From NCBI GenBank assembly GCA_964016885.1, contig OZ024741.1, forward strand, positions 115,692,001 through 115,756,000: a stretch of 64,000 nucleotides of DNA. Direction: 5' to 3'. The translations under genes were made by a program, and so were the position numbers. Source of the DNA: Eledone cirrhosa. Taxonomy: Eukaryota. The notes under the pieces were generated by a model that was not told where the DNA came from, did no database searches, and saw nothing but the letters and a program-made list of their open reading frames with translations. Each line of letters starts with the position of its first letter. Within the stretch, counting starts at the first letter, position 1. Positions 41,621-56,721 of the stretch are shown in pieces.

Positions 41621-44600
41621 GGGGTAGGGGTTACATTTGTCATAGAATATAGATATAACTCTGATAGAAAGTTGTTCTTGGGGTAGGGGTTACATTTGTC
41701 ATAGAATATACATATAATTCTGACTGAAAGATGTTCTTGAGGTGGGGGTTACATTTGTCATAGAACATAGATATAACTCTGACTGAAAGATGTTCTTGAG
41801 GTGGGGGTTACATTTGTCATAGAATATAGATATAACTCTAATAGAAAGTTGTTCTTGGGGTAGGGGTTACATTTGTCATAGAATATACATATAATTCTGA
41901 CTGAAAGATGTTCTTGAGGTGGGGGTTACATTTGTCATAGAATATAGATATAACTCTGACTGAAAGATATTATTGAGGTAGGGGTTACAATTGTCATAGA
42001 ATATAGATATAACTCTGATCGAAAGATTTACTTGAGGTGGGGGTTACATTTGTCATAGAATATAGATATAACTCTGATTGAAAGATATACTTGAGGTGAG
42101 GGTTACATTTCTCATGGAATATAGATATATCTCTGATTGAAAGATGTTCTTGGGGTAGGGGTTACATTTGTCATAGAATATACATATAATTCTGACTGAA
42201 AGATGTTCTTGAGGTGGGGGTTACATTTGTCATAGAATATAGATATAACTCTGACTGAAAGATATTATTGAGGTAGGGGTTACAATTGTCATAGAATATA
42301 GATATAACTCTGATCGAAAGATTTACTTGAGGTGGGGGTTACATTTGTCATAGAATATAGATATAACTCTGATTGAAAGATATACTTGAGGTGAGGGTTA
42401 CATTTCTCATGGAATATAGATATATCTCTGATTGAAAGATGTTCTTGAGTAGGGGTTACATTTGTCATAGAATATAGACATAACCCTGATCGAAAGATGT
42501 TCTTGATGTGGGGGTTACATTTGTCATAGAATATAGGTATAACTCTTATTGAAATATTATCTTGAGGTAGGGGTAACATTTGTCATAGAATATAGATATA
42601 ACTCTGATTGAAAGATGTTCTTGAGATGGGGGTTACATTTGTCATAGAATATAGATATATCTCTGAATGAAATATGTACTTAAAGTAGGGGTTACATTTG
42701 TCATAGAATATAGATATAACCCTGATTGAAAGATTTTGTTGAGGTGGGGGTTACATTTGTCATAGAATATAGATATAACTCTGATTGAAAGATTTTGTTG
42801 AGGTGGGGGTTACATTTGTCATAGAATATAGATATAACTCTGATTGAAAGATTTTGTTGAGGTGGGGGTTACATTTGTCATAGAATATAGATATAACTCT
42901 GATTGAAAGATTTTGTTGAGGTGGGGGTTACATTTGTCATAGAATATAGATATAACTCTGATAGAAAGATGATCTTGAGGTAGGGGTTACATTTGTTATA
43001 GAATATAGATATAACTCTGATTGAAAGATGTTCTTGACGTGGGGGTTACATTTGTCATAGAATATAGATGTAACTCTGATTGAAAGATGTTCTTGGGGTG
43101 GGGGTTACATTTGTCATAGAATATAGATATAACTCTGATTGAAAGATGTTCTTGAGGTGGGGGTTACATTTGTCATAGAATATATATATAACTCTGATAG
43201 AAAGATGTTCTTGAGGTGGGGGTTACATTTGTCATAGAATATAGATATTACCTTGATTGAAAGATGTTCTGGAGGTGGGGTTACATTTGTCATAGAATAT
43301 AGATATAACTCTAATTGAAAGATGTTCTTGAGTTGGGGGTTACAATTGTCATAGAATATAGATATAACTCTGATTGAAAGATGTTCTTGAGGTGGGCGTT
43401 ACATTTGTCATAGAATATAGAGATAACCCAGAATGAAAGATGTTCTTGAGGTGGGGGTTACATTTGTCATAGAATATACATATAACTCTGATTGAAAGAT
43501 GTTCTTGAGGTGGTAGTTACATTTGTCATAGAATATAGATATAACTCTGATTGAAAGATGTTCTTGAGGTGGGGGTTACATTTGTCATAGAATATACATA
43601 TAATTCTGATTGAAAAATGTTCTTGAGGTGGGGGTTACATTTGTCATAGAATATAGATATAACTCTGATAGAAAGATGTTCTTGGGGTAGGGGTTATATT
43701 TGTCGTAGAATATACATATAATTCTGACTGAAAGATGTTCTTGAGGTGGGGGTTACATTTGTCATAGAATATAGTTATAACTCTGAGTGAAAGATGTTCT
43801 TGAGGTGGGGGTTACATTTGTCATAGAATATAGATATAACTCTGATAGAAAGATGTTCTTGGCGTAGGGGTTACATTTGTCATAGAATATACATATAATT
43901 CTGACTGAAAGATGTTCTTGAGGTGGGGATTACATTTGTCATAGAATATAGATATAACTCTGAGTGAAAGATGTTCTTGAGGTGGGGGTTACATTTGTCA
44001 TAGAATATAGATACAACTCTGATAGAAACATGTTCTTGGGGTAGGGGTTACATTTGTCATAGAATATACATATAATTCTGACTGAAAGATGTTCTTGAGG
44101 TGGGGGTTACATTTGTCATAGAACATAGATATAACTCTGACTGAAAGATTTTCTTGAGGTGGGGGTTACATTTGTCATAGAATATAGATATAACTCTGAT
44201 AGAAAGATGTTCTTGGGGTAGGGGTTACATTTGTCATAGAATATAGATATAACTCTGATAGAAAGTTGTTCTTGGGGTAGGGGTTACATTTGTCATAGAA
44301 TATACATATAATTCTGACTGAAAGATGTTCTTGAGGTGGGGGTTACATTTGTCATAGAACATAGATATAACTCTGACTGAAAGATGTTCTTGAGGTGGGG
44401 GTTACATTTGTCATAGAATATAGATATAACTCTAATAGAAAGTTGTTCTTGGGGTAGGGGTTACATTTGTCATAGAATATACATATAATTCTGACTGAAA
44501 GATGTTCTTGAGGTGGGGGTTACATTTGTCATAGAATATAGATATAACTCTGACTGAAAGATATTATTGAGGTAGGGGTTACAATTGTCATAGAATATAG

Positions 44601-47600
44601 ATATAACTCTGATCGAAAGATTTACTTGAGGTGGGGGTTACATTTGTCATAGAATATAGATATAACTCTGATTGAAAGATATACTTGAGGTGAGGGTTAC
44701 ATTTCTCATGGAATATAGATATATCTCTGATTGAAAGATGTTCTTGGGGTAGGGGTTACATTTGTCATAGAATATACATATAGTTCTGACTGAAAGATGT
44801 TCTTGAGGTGGGGGTTACATTTGTCATAGAATATAGATATAACTCTGACTGAAAGATATTATTGAGGTAGGGGTTACAATTGTCATAGAATATAGATATA
44901 ACTCTGATCGAAAGATTTACTTGAGGTGGGGGTTACATTTGTCATAGAATATAGATATAACTCTGATTGAAAGATATACTTGAGGTGAGGGTTACATTTC
45001 TCATGGAATATAGATATATCTCTGATTGAAAGATGTTCTTGAGTAGGGGTTACATTTGTCATAGAATATAGACATAACCCTGATCGAAAGATGTTCTTGA
45101 TGTGGGGGTTACATTTGTCATAGAATATAGGTATAACTCTTATTGAAATATTATCTTGAGGTAGGGGTAACATTTGTCATAGAATATAGATATAACTCTG
45201 ATTGAAAGATGTTCTTGAGATGGGGGTTACATTTGTCATAGAATATAGATATATCTCTGAATGAAATATGTACTTGAAGTAGGGGTTACATTTGTCATAG
45301 AATATAGATATAACCCTGATTGAAAGATATTGTTGAGGTGGGGGTTACATTTGTCATAGAATATAGATATAACTCTGATTGAAAGATTTTGTTGAGGTGG
45401 GGTTACATTTGTCATAGAATATAGATATAACTCTGATTGAAAGATTTTGTTGAGGTGGGGGTTACATTTGTCATAGAATATAGATATAACTCTGATTGAA
45501 AGATTTTGTTGAGGTGGGGATTACATTTGTCATAGAATATAGATATAACTCTGATAGAAAGATGATCTTGAGGTAGGGGTTACATTTGTTATAGAATATA
45601 GATATAACTCTGATTGAAAGATGTTCTTGACGTGGGGGTTACATTTGTCATAGAATATAGATGTAACTCTGATTGAAAGATGTTCTTGGGGTGGGGGTTA
45701 CATTTGTCATAGAATATAGATATAACTCTGATTGAAAGATTTTGTTGAGGTGGGGGTTACATTTGTCATAGAATATAGATATAACTCTGATTGAAAGATT
45801 TTGTTGAGGTGGGGGTTACATTTGTCATAGAATATAGATATAACTCTGATTGAAAGATTTTGTTGAGGTGGGGATTACATTCGTCATAGAACATAGATAT
45901 AACTCTGACTGAAAGATGTTCTTGAGGTGGGGGTTACATTTGTCATAGAATATAGATATAACTCTGAGTGAAAGATGTTCTTGAGGTGGGGGTTACATTT
46001 GTCATAGAATATAGATATAACTCTGATAGAAAGATGTTCTTGGGGTAGGGGTTACATTTGTCATAGAATATACATATAATTCTGACTGAAAGATGTTCTT
46101 GAGGTGGGGATTACATTTGTCATAGAATATAGATATAACTCTGAGTGAAAGATGTTCTTGAGGTGGGGGTTACATTTGTCATAGAATATAGATACAACTC
46201 TGATAGAAACATGTTCTTGGGGTAGGGGTTACATTTGTCATAGAATATACATATAATTCTGATTGAAAGATGTTCTTGAGGTGGGGGTTACATTTGTCAT
46301 AGAATATAGATATAACTCTGATTGAAAGATGTTCTTGAGGTGGGGGTTGCATTTGTCATAGAATATAGATATAACTCTGATTGAAAGATGTTCTTGACGT
46401 GGGGGTTACATTTGTCATATAATATAGAAATAACTCTGATTGAAAGATGTTCTTGAGGTGGGGGTTACATTTATCATAGAATATAGATATAACTCTGATA
46501 GAAAGATGTTCTTGAGGTGGGGGTTACATTTGTCATAGAATATAGATATAACTCTGATTGAAAGATGTTCTTGAGGTGGAGGTTACATTTGTCATAGAAT
46601 ATAGATATAACTCTAATTGAAAGATGTTCTTGAGTTGGGGGTTACATTTGTCATAGAATATAGATATAACTCTGATTGAAAGATGTTCTTTAGGTGGGGG
46701 ATACAATTGTCATAGAATATAGATATAACTCTGATTGAAAGATGTTCATGGGTTGGGCGTTACATTTGTCATAGAATATAGATATAACCCAGAATGAAAG
46801 ATGTTCTTGAGGTGGGGGTTACATTTGTCATAGAATATAGATATAACTCTGATTGAAAGATGTTCTTGAGGTGGGGGTTACATTTGTCATAGAATATACA
46901 TATAACTCTGAGTGAAAGATGTTCTTGAGGTGGGGGTTACATTTGTCATAGAATATAGATATAACTCTGATAGAAAGATGTTCTTGGGGTAGGGGTTACA
47001 TTTGTCATAGAATATACATATAATTCTGACTGAAAGATGTTCTTGAGGTGGGGATTACATTTGTCATAGAATATAGATATAACTCTGAGTGAAAGATGTT
47101 CTTGAGGTGGGGGTTACATTTGTCATAGAATATAGATACAACTCTGATAGAAACATGTTCTTGGGGTAGGGGTTACATTTGTCATAGAATATACATATAA
47201 TTCTGACTGAAAGATGTTCTTGAGGTGGGGGTTACATTTGTCATAGAACATAGATATAACTCTGACTGAAAGATGTTCTTGAGGTGGGGGTTACATTTGT
47301 CATAGAATATAGATATAACTCTGATAGAAAGATGTTCTTGGGGTAGGGGTTACATTTGTCATAGAATATAGATATAACTCTGATAGAAAGTTGTTCTTTG
47401 GGTAGGGGTTACATTTGTCATAGAATATAGATATAATTCTGACTGAAAGATGTTCTTGAGGTGGGGGTTACATTTGTCATAGAACATAGATATAACTCTG
47501 ACTGAAAGATGTTCTTGAGGTGGGGGTTACATTTGTCATAGAATATAGATATAACTCTGATAGAAAGTTGTTCTTGGGGTAAGGGTTACATTTGTCATAG

Positions 47601-49703
47601 AATATACATATAATTCTGACTGAAAGATGTTCTTGAGGTGGGGTTACATTTGTCATAGAATATAGATATAACTCTGACTGAAAGATATTATTGAGGTAGG
47701 GGTTACAATTGTCATAGAATATAGATATAACTCTGATCGAAAGATTTACTTGAGGTGGGGGTTACATTTGTCATAGAATATAGATATAACTCTGATTGAA
47801 AGATATACTTGAGGTGAGGGTTACATTTCTCATGGAATATAGACATAACCCTGATCGAAAGATGTTCTTGATGTGGGGGTTACATTTGTCATAGAATATA
47901 GGTATAACTCTTATTGAAATATTATCTTGAGGTAGGGGTAACATTTGTCATAGAATATAGATATAACTCTGAGTGAAAGATGTGCTTGAGGTAGGGGTTA
48001 CATTTGTCATAGAATATAGATATAACTCTGATTGAAAGATGTTCTTGAGATGGGGGTTACATTTGTCATAGAATATAGATATATCTCTGAATGAAATATG
48101 TACTTGAAGTAGGGGTTACATTTGTCATAGAATATAGATATAACCCTGATTGAAAGATTTTGTTGAGGTGGGGGTTACATTTGTCATAGAATATGGATAT
48201 AACTCTGATTGAAAGATTTTGTTGAGGTGGGGGTTACATTTGTCATAGAATATAGATATAACTCTGATTGAAAGATTTTGTTGAGGTGGGGGTTACATTT
48301 GTCATAGAATATAGATATAACTCTGATTGAAAGATTTTGTTGAGGTGGGGGTTACATTTGTCATAGAATATAGATATAACTCTGATAGAAAGATGATCTT
48401 GAGGTAGGGGTTACATTTGTTATAGAATATAGATATAACTCTGATTGAAAGATGTTCTTGAGGTGGGGGTTACATTTGTCATAGAATATAGATATAACTC
48501 TAATAGAAAGTTGTTCTTGGGGTAGGGGTTACATTTGTCATAGAATATACATATAATTCTGACTGAAAGATGTTCTTGAGGTGGGGGTTACATTTGTCAT
48601 AGAATATAGATATAACTCTGACTGAAAGATTTTATTGAGGTAGGGGTTACAATTGTCATAGAATATAGATATAACTCTGATCGAAAGATTTACTTGAGGT
48701 GGGGGTTACATTTGTCATAGAATATAATTATAACTCTGATTGAAAGATATACTTCAGGTGAGGGTTAAATTTCTCATGGAATATAGATATATCTCTGATT
48801 GAAAGATGTTCTTGAGTAGGGGTTACATTTGTCATAGAATATAGACATAACCCTGATCGAAAGATGTTCTTGATGTGGGGGTTACATTTGTCATAGAATA
48901 TAGGTATAACTCTTATTGAAATATTATCTTGAGGTAGGGGTAACATTTGTCATAGAATATAGATATAACTCTGAGTGAAAGATGTGCTTGAGGTAGGGGT
49001 TACATTTGTCATAGAATATAGATATAACTCTGATTGAAAGATGTTCTTGAGATGGGGGTTACATTTGTCATAGAATATAGATATATCTCTGAATGAAATA
49101 TGTACTTGAAGTAGGGGTTACATTTGTCATAGAATATAGATATAACCCTGATTGAAAGATTTTGTTGAGGTGGGGGTTACATTTGTCATAGAATATAGAT
49201 ATAACTCTGATTGAAAGATTTTGTTGAGGTGGGGGTTACATTTGTCATAGAATATAGATATAACTCTGATTGAAAGATTTTGTTGAGGTGGGGGTTACAT
49301 TTGTCATAGAATATAGATATAACTCTGATTGAAAGATTTTGTTGAGGTGGGGGTTACATTTGTCATAGAATATAGATATAACTCTGATAGAAAGATGATC
49401 TTGAGGTAGGGGTTACATTTGTTATAGAATATAGATATAACTCTGATTGAAAGATGTTCTTGAGGTGGGGGTTACATTTGTCATAGAATATAGATATAAC
49501 TCTGATTGAAAGATGTTCTTGAGGTGGGGGTTGCATTTGTCATAGAATATAGATATAACTCTGATTGAAAGATGTTCTTGACGTGGGGGTTACATTTGTC
49601 ATAGAATATAGAAATAACTCTGATTGAAAGATGTTCTTGAGGTGGGGGTAACATTTGTCATAGAATATAGATATAACTCTGATAGAAAGATGTTCTTGAG
49701 GTG

Positions 49704-52700
49704 GGGGTTACATTTGTCATAGAATATAGATATAACTCTGATTGAAAGATGTTCTTGAGGTGGAGGTTACATTTGTCATAGAATATAGATATAACTCTAA
49801 TTGAAAGATGTTCTTGAGTTGGGGGTTACATTTGTCATAGAATATAGATATAACTCTGATTGAAAGATGTTCTTTAGGTGGGGGTTACAATTGTCATAGA
49901 ATATAGATATAACTCTGATTGAAAGATGTTCATGAGTTGGGCGTTACATTTGTCATAGAATATAGATATAACCCAGAATGAAAGATGTTCTTGAGGTGGG
50001 GGTTACATTTGTCATAGAATATAGATATAACTCTGATTGAAAGATGTTCTTGAGGTGGTAGTTACATTTGTCATAGAATATAGATATAACTCTGATTGAA
50101 AGATGTTCTTGAGGTGGGGGTTACATTTGTCATAGAATATACATATAATTCTGACTGAAAAATGTTCTTGAGGTGGGGGTTACATTTGTCATAGAATATA
50201 GTTATAACTCTGAGTGAAAGATGTTCTTGAGGTGGGGGTTACATTTGTCATAGAATATAGATATAACTCTGATAGAAAGATGTTCTTGGAGTAGGGGTTA
50301 CATTTGTCATAGAATATACATATAATTCTGACTGAAAGATGTTCTTGAGGTGGGGATTACATTTGTCATAGAATATAGATATAACTCTGAGTGAAAGATG
50401 TTCTTGAGGTGGGGGTTACATTTGTCATCGAATATAGATACAACTCTGATAGAAACATGTTCTTTGGGTAGGGGTTACATTTGTCATAGAATATACATAT
50501 AATTCTGACTGAAAGATGTTCTTGAGGTGGGGGTTACATTTGTCATAGAACATAGATATAACTCTGACTGAAAGATGTTCTTGAGGTGGGGGTTACATTT
50601 GTCATAGAATATAGATATAACTCTGATAGAAAGATGTTCTTGGGGTAGGGGTTACATTTGTCATAGAATATAGATATAACTCTGATAGAAAGTTGTTCTT
50701 TGGGTAGGGGTTACATTTGTCATAGAATATACATATAATTCTGACTGAAAGATGTTCTTGAGGTGGGGGTTACATTTGTCATAGAACATAGATATAACTC
50801 TGACTGAAAGATGTTCTTGAGGTGGGCGTTACATTTGTCATAGAATATAGATATAACACTGATAGAAAGTTGTTCTTGGGGTAAGGGTTACATTTGTCAT
50901 AGAATATACATATAATTCTGACTGAAAGATCTTCTTGAGGTGGGGGTTACATTTGTCATAGAATATAGATATAACTCTGACTGAAAGATATTATTGAGGT
51001 AGGGGTTACAATTGTCATAGAATATAGATATAACTCTGATTGAAAGATATACTTGAGGTGAGGGTTACATTTCTCATGGAATATTGACATAACCCTGATC
51101 GAAAGATGTTCTTGATGTGGGGGTTACATTTGTCATAGAATATAGGTATAACTCTTATTGAAATATTATCTTGAGGTAGGGGTAACATTTGTCATAGAAT
51201 ATAGATATAACTCTGAGTGAAAGATGTGCTTGAGGTAGGGGTTACATTTGTCATAGAATATAGATATAACTCTGATTGAAAGATGTTCTTGAGATGGGGG
51301 TTACATTTGTCATAGAATATAGATATATCTCTGAATGAAATATGTACTTGAAGTAGGGGTTACATTTGTCATAGAATATAGATATAACCCTGATTGAAAG
51401 ATTTTGTTGAGGTGGGGGTTACATTTGTCATAGAATATAGATATAACTCTGATTGAAAGATTTTGTTGAGGTGGGGGTTACATTTGTCATAAAATATAGA
51501 TATAACTCTGATTGAAAGATTTTGTTGAGGTGGGGGTTACATTTGTCATAGAATATAGATATGACTCTGATTGAAAGATTTTGTTGAGGTGGGGGTTACA
51601 TTTGTCATAGAATATAGATATAACTCTGATAGAAAGATGATCTTGAGGTAGGGGTTACATTTGTTATAGAATATAGATATAACTCTGATTGAAAGATGTT
51701 CTTGAGGTGGGGGTTACATTTGTCATAGAATATAGATATAACTCTGATTGAAAGATGTTCTTGAGGTGGGGGTTGCATTTGTCATAGAATATAGATATAA
51801 CTCTGATTGAAAGATGTTCTTGACGTGGGGGTTACATTTGTCATAGAATATAGATGTAACTCTGATTGAAAGATGTTCTTGGGGTGGGGGTTACATTTGT
51901 CATAGAATATAGATATAACTCTGATTGAAAGATGTTCTTGAGGTGGGGGTTACATTTGTCATAGAATATATATATAACTCTGATAGAAAGATGTTCTTGA
52001 GGTGGGGATAACATTTGTCATAGAATATAGATATTACCCTGATTGAAAGATGTTCTGCAGGTGGGGTTACATTTGTCATAGAATATAGATATAACTCAGA
52101 CTAAAAGATTATCTTGAGGTAGGGGTTACATTTGTTATAGAATATAGATATAACCCTGATTGAAAGATGTTCTTGAGGTGGGGGTTACATTTGTCATAGA
52201 ATATAGAAATAACTCTGATTGAAAGATGTTCTTGAGGTTGGGGTTACATTTGTCATAGAATATAGATATAACTCTGATTGAAAGATGTTCTTGAGGTGGG
52301 GGTTACATTTGTCATAGAATATAGATATAACTCTGATTGAAAGATGTTCTTGAGGTGGGGGTTACAATTGTCATAGAATATAGATATAACTCTGATTGAA
52401 AGATGTTCTTGAGATGGGGGTTACTTTTGTCATAGAATATAGATATAACTCTGATTGAAAGATGTTCTTGAGGTGGGGGTTACATTTGTCATAGAATATA
52501 GATATAACTCTGATTGAAAGATGTTCTTGAGGTGGGGGTTACAATTGTCATAGAATATAGATATAACTCTGATTGAAAGATGTTCTTGAGGTAGGGGTTA
52601 CATTTGTCATAGAATATAGATATAACTCTGATAGAAAGATGTTCTTGGGGTAGGGGTTACATTTGTCATAGAATATACATATAATTCTGACTGAAAGATG

Positions 52701-55700
52701 TTCTTGAGGTGGGGGTTACATTTGTCATAGAATATAGATATAACTCTGAGTGAAAGATGTTCTTGAGGTGGGGGTTACATTTGTCATAGAATATAGATAT
52801 AACTCTGATAGAAAGTTGTTCTTGGGGTAGGGGTTACATTTGTCATAGAATATAGATATAACTCTGATTGAAAGATGTTCTTGAGGTGGGGGTTACATTT
52901 GTCATAGAATATAGATATAACTCTGATAGAAAGATGTTCTTGAGGTGGGGGTTACATTTGTCATAGAATATAGATATTACCCTGATTGAAAGATGTTCTG
53001 CAGGTGGAGTTACATTTGTCATAGAATATAGATATAACTCAGACTAAAAGATTATCTTGAGGTAGGGGTTACATTTGTTATAGAATATAGATATAACCCT
53101 GATTGAAAGATGTTCTTGAGGTGGGGGTTACATTTGTCATAGAATATAGAAATAAATCTGATTGAAAGATGTTCTTGAGGTTGGGGTTACATTTGTCATA
53201 GAATATAGATATAACTCTGATTGAAAGATGTTCTTGAGGTGGAGGTTACATTTGTCATAGAATATAGATATAACTCTAATTGAAAGATGTTCTTGAGTTG
53301 GGGGTTACATTTGTCATAGAATATAGATATAACTCTGATTGAAAGATGTTCTTTAGGTGGGGGTTACAATTGTCATAGAATATAGATATAACTCTGATTG
53401 AAAGATGTTCATGAGTTGGGCGTTACATTTGTCATAGAATATAGATATAACCCAGAATGAAAGATGTTCTTGAGGTGGGGGTTACATTTGTCATAGAATA
53501 TAGATATAACTCTGATTGAAAGATGTTCTTGAGGTGGTAGTTACATTTGTCATAGAATATAGATATAACTCTGATTGAAAGATGTTCTTGAGGTGGGGGT
53601 TACATTTGTCATAGAATATACATATAATTCTGACTGAAAAATGTTCTTGAGGTGGGGGTTACATTTGTCATAGAATATAGTTATAACTCTGAGTGAAAGA
53701 TGTTCTTGAGGTGGGGGTTACATTTGTCATAGAATATAGATATAACTCTGATAGAAAGATGTTCTTGGAGTAGGGGTTACATTTGTCATAGAATATACAT
53801 ATAATTCTGACTGAAAGATGTTCTTGAGGTGGGGATTACATTTGTCATAGAATATAGATATAACTCTGAGTGAAAGATGTTCTTGAGGTGGGGGTTACAT
53901 TTGTCATCGAATATAGATACAACTCTGATAGAAACATGTTCTTTGGGTAGGGGTTACATTTGTCATAGAATATACATATAATTCTGACTGAAAGATGTTC
54001 TTGAGGTGGGGGTTACATTTGTCATAGAACATAGATATAACTCTGACTGAAAGATGTTCTTGAGGTGGGGGTTACATTTGTCATAGAATATAGATATAAC
54101 TCTGATAGAAAGATGTTCTTGGGGTAGGGGTTACATTTGTCATAGAATATAGATATAACTCTGATAGAAAGTTGTTCTTTGGGTAGGGGTTACATTTGTC
54201 ATAGAATATACATATAATTCTGACTGAAAGATGTTCTTGAGGTGGGGGTTACATTTGTCATAGAACATAGATATAACTCTGACTGAAAGATGTTCTTGAG
54301 GTGGGCGTTACATTTGTCATAGAATATAGATATAACACTGATAGAAAGTTGTTCTTGGGGTAAGGGTTACATTTGTCATAGAATATACATATAATTCTGA
54401 CTGAAAGATCTTCTTGAGGTGGGGGTTACATTTGTCATAGAATATAGATATAACTCTGACTGAAAGATATTATTGAGGTAGGGGTTACAATTGTCATAGA
54501 ATATAGATATAACTCTGATTGAAAGATATACTTGAGGTGAGGGTTACATTTCTCATGGAATATAGACATAACCCTGATCGAAAGATGTTCTTGATGTGGG
54601 GGTTACATTTGTCATAGAATATAGGTATAACTCTTATTGAAATATTATCTTGAGGTAGGGGTAACATTTGTCATAGAATATAGATATAACTCTGAGTGAA
54701 AGATGTGCTTGAGGTAGGGGTTACATTTGTCATAGAATATAGATATAACTCTGATTGAAAGATGTTCTTGAGATGGGGGTTACATTTGTCATAGAATATA
54801 GATATATCTCTGAATGAAATATGTACTTGAAGTAGGGGTTACATTTGTCATAGAATATAGATATAACCCTGATTGAAAGATTTTGTTGAGGTGGGGGTTA
54901 CATTTGTCATAGAATATAGATATAACTCTGATTGAAAGATTTTGTTGAGGTGGGGGTTACATTTGTCATAAAATATAGATATAACTCTGATTGAAAGATT
55001 TTGTTGAGGTGGGGGTTACATTTGTCATAGAATATAGATATGACTCTGATTGAAAGATTTTGTTGAGGTGGGGGTTACATTTGTCATAGAATATAGATAT
55101 AACTCTGATAGAAAGATGATCTTGAGGTAGGGGTTACATTTGTTATAGAATATAGATATAACTCTGATTGAAAGATGTTCTTGAGGTGGGGGTTACATTT
55201 GTCATAGAATATAGATATAACTCTGATTGAAAGATGTTCTTGAGGTGGGGGTTGCATTTGTCATAGAATATAGATATAACTCTGATTGAAAGATGTTCTT
55301 GACGTGGGGGTTACATTTGTCATAGAATATAGATGTAACTCTGATTGAAAGATGTTCTTGGGGTGGGGGTTACATTTGTCATAGAATATAGATATAACTC
55401 TGATTGAAAGATGTTCTTGAGGTGGGGGTTACATTTGTCATAGAATATATATATAACTCTGATAGAAAGATGTTCTTGAGGTGGGGATAACATTTGTCAT
55501 AGAATATAGATATTACCCTGATTGAAAGATGTTCTGCAGGTGGGGTTACATTTGTCATAGAATATAGATATAACTCAGACTAAAAGATTATCTTGAGGTA
55601 GGGGTTACATTTGTTATAGAATATAGATATAACCCTGATTGAAAGATGTTCTTGAGGTGGGGGTTACATTTGTCATAGAATATAGAAATAACTCTGATTG

Positions 55701-56721
55701 AAAGATGTTCTTGAGGTTGGGGTTACATTTGTCATAGAATATAGATATAACTCTGATTGAAAGATGTTCTTGAGGTGGGGGTTACATTTGTCATAGAATA
55801 TAGATATAACTCTGATTGAAAGATGTTCTTGAGGTGGGGGTTACAATTGTCATAGAATATAGATATAACTCTGATTGAAAGATGTTCTTGAGATGGGGGT
55901 TACTTTTGTCATAGAATATAGATATAACTCTGATTGAAAGATGTTCTTGAGGTGGGGGTTACATTTGTCATAGAATATAGATATAACTCTGATTGAAAGA
56001 TGTTCTTGAGGTGGGGGTTACAATTGTCATAGAATATAGATATAACTCTGATTGAAAGATGTTCTTGAGGTAGGGGTTACATTTGTCATAGAATATAGAT
56101 ATAACTCTGATAGAAAGATGTTCTTGGGGTAGGGGTTACATTTGTCATAGAATATACATATAATTCTGACTGAAAGATGTTCTTGAGGTGGGGGTTACAT
56201 TTGTCATAGAATATAGATATAACTCTGAGTGAAAGATGTTCTTGAGGTGGGGGTTACATTTGTCATAGAATATAGATATAACTCTGATAGAAAGTTGTTC
56301 TTGGGGTAGGGGTTACATTTGTCATAGAATATAGATATAACTCTGATTGAAAGATGTTCTTGAGGTGGGGGTTACATTTGTCATAGAATATAGATATAAC
56401 TCTGATAGAAAGATGTTCTTGAGGTGGGGGTTACATTTGTCATAGAATATAGATATTACCCTGATTGAAAGATGTTCTGCAGGTGGAGTTACATTTGTCA
56501 TAGAATATAGATATAACTCAGACTAAAAGATTATCTTGAGGTAGGGGTTACATTTGTTATAGAATATAGATATAACCCTGATTGAAAGATGTTCTTGAGG
56601 TGGGGGTTACATTTGTCATAGAATATAGAAATAAATCTGATTGAAAGATGTTCTTGAGGTTGGGGTTACATTTGTCATAGAATATAGATATAACTCTGAT
56701 TGAAAGATGTTCTTGAGGTGG
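49704..56721. repeat. Near-perfect tandem duplication, period 3,479 bp (59 monomers minus 2 bp)
   Basis: Rare variants pair at +3,479: GTCATCGAAT (50429/53908), GATCTTCTTG (50931/54410), ATAAATCTG (53152/56631) and CTGCAG (52055/55534 and 52998/56477). Confidence 0.93.

Noticed and set aside
390-48946. Twenty minus-strand ORFs of 60-96 aa as protein-coding genes
   Set aside because: They are translations of 3-5 satellite monomers. The 59-bp unit is not a multiple of three, the peptides cycle through the three frames of the same unit, and they open only where an indel or substitution bypasses the consensus stops. No recognisable domain is present.
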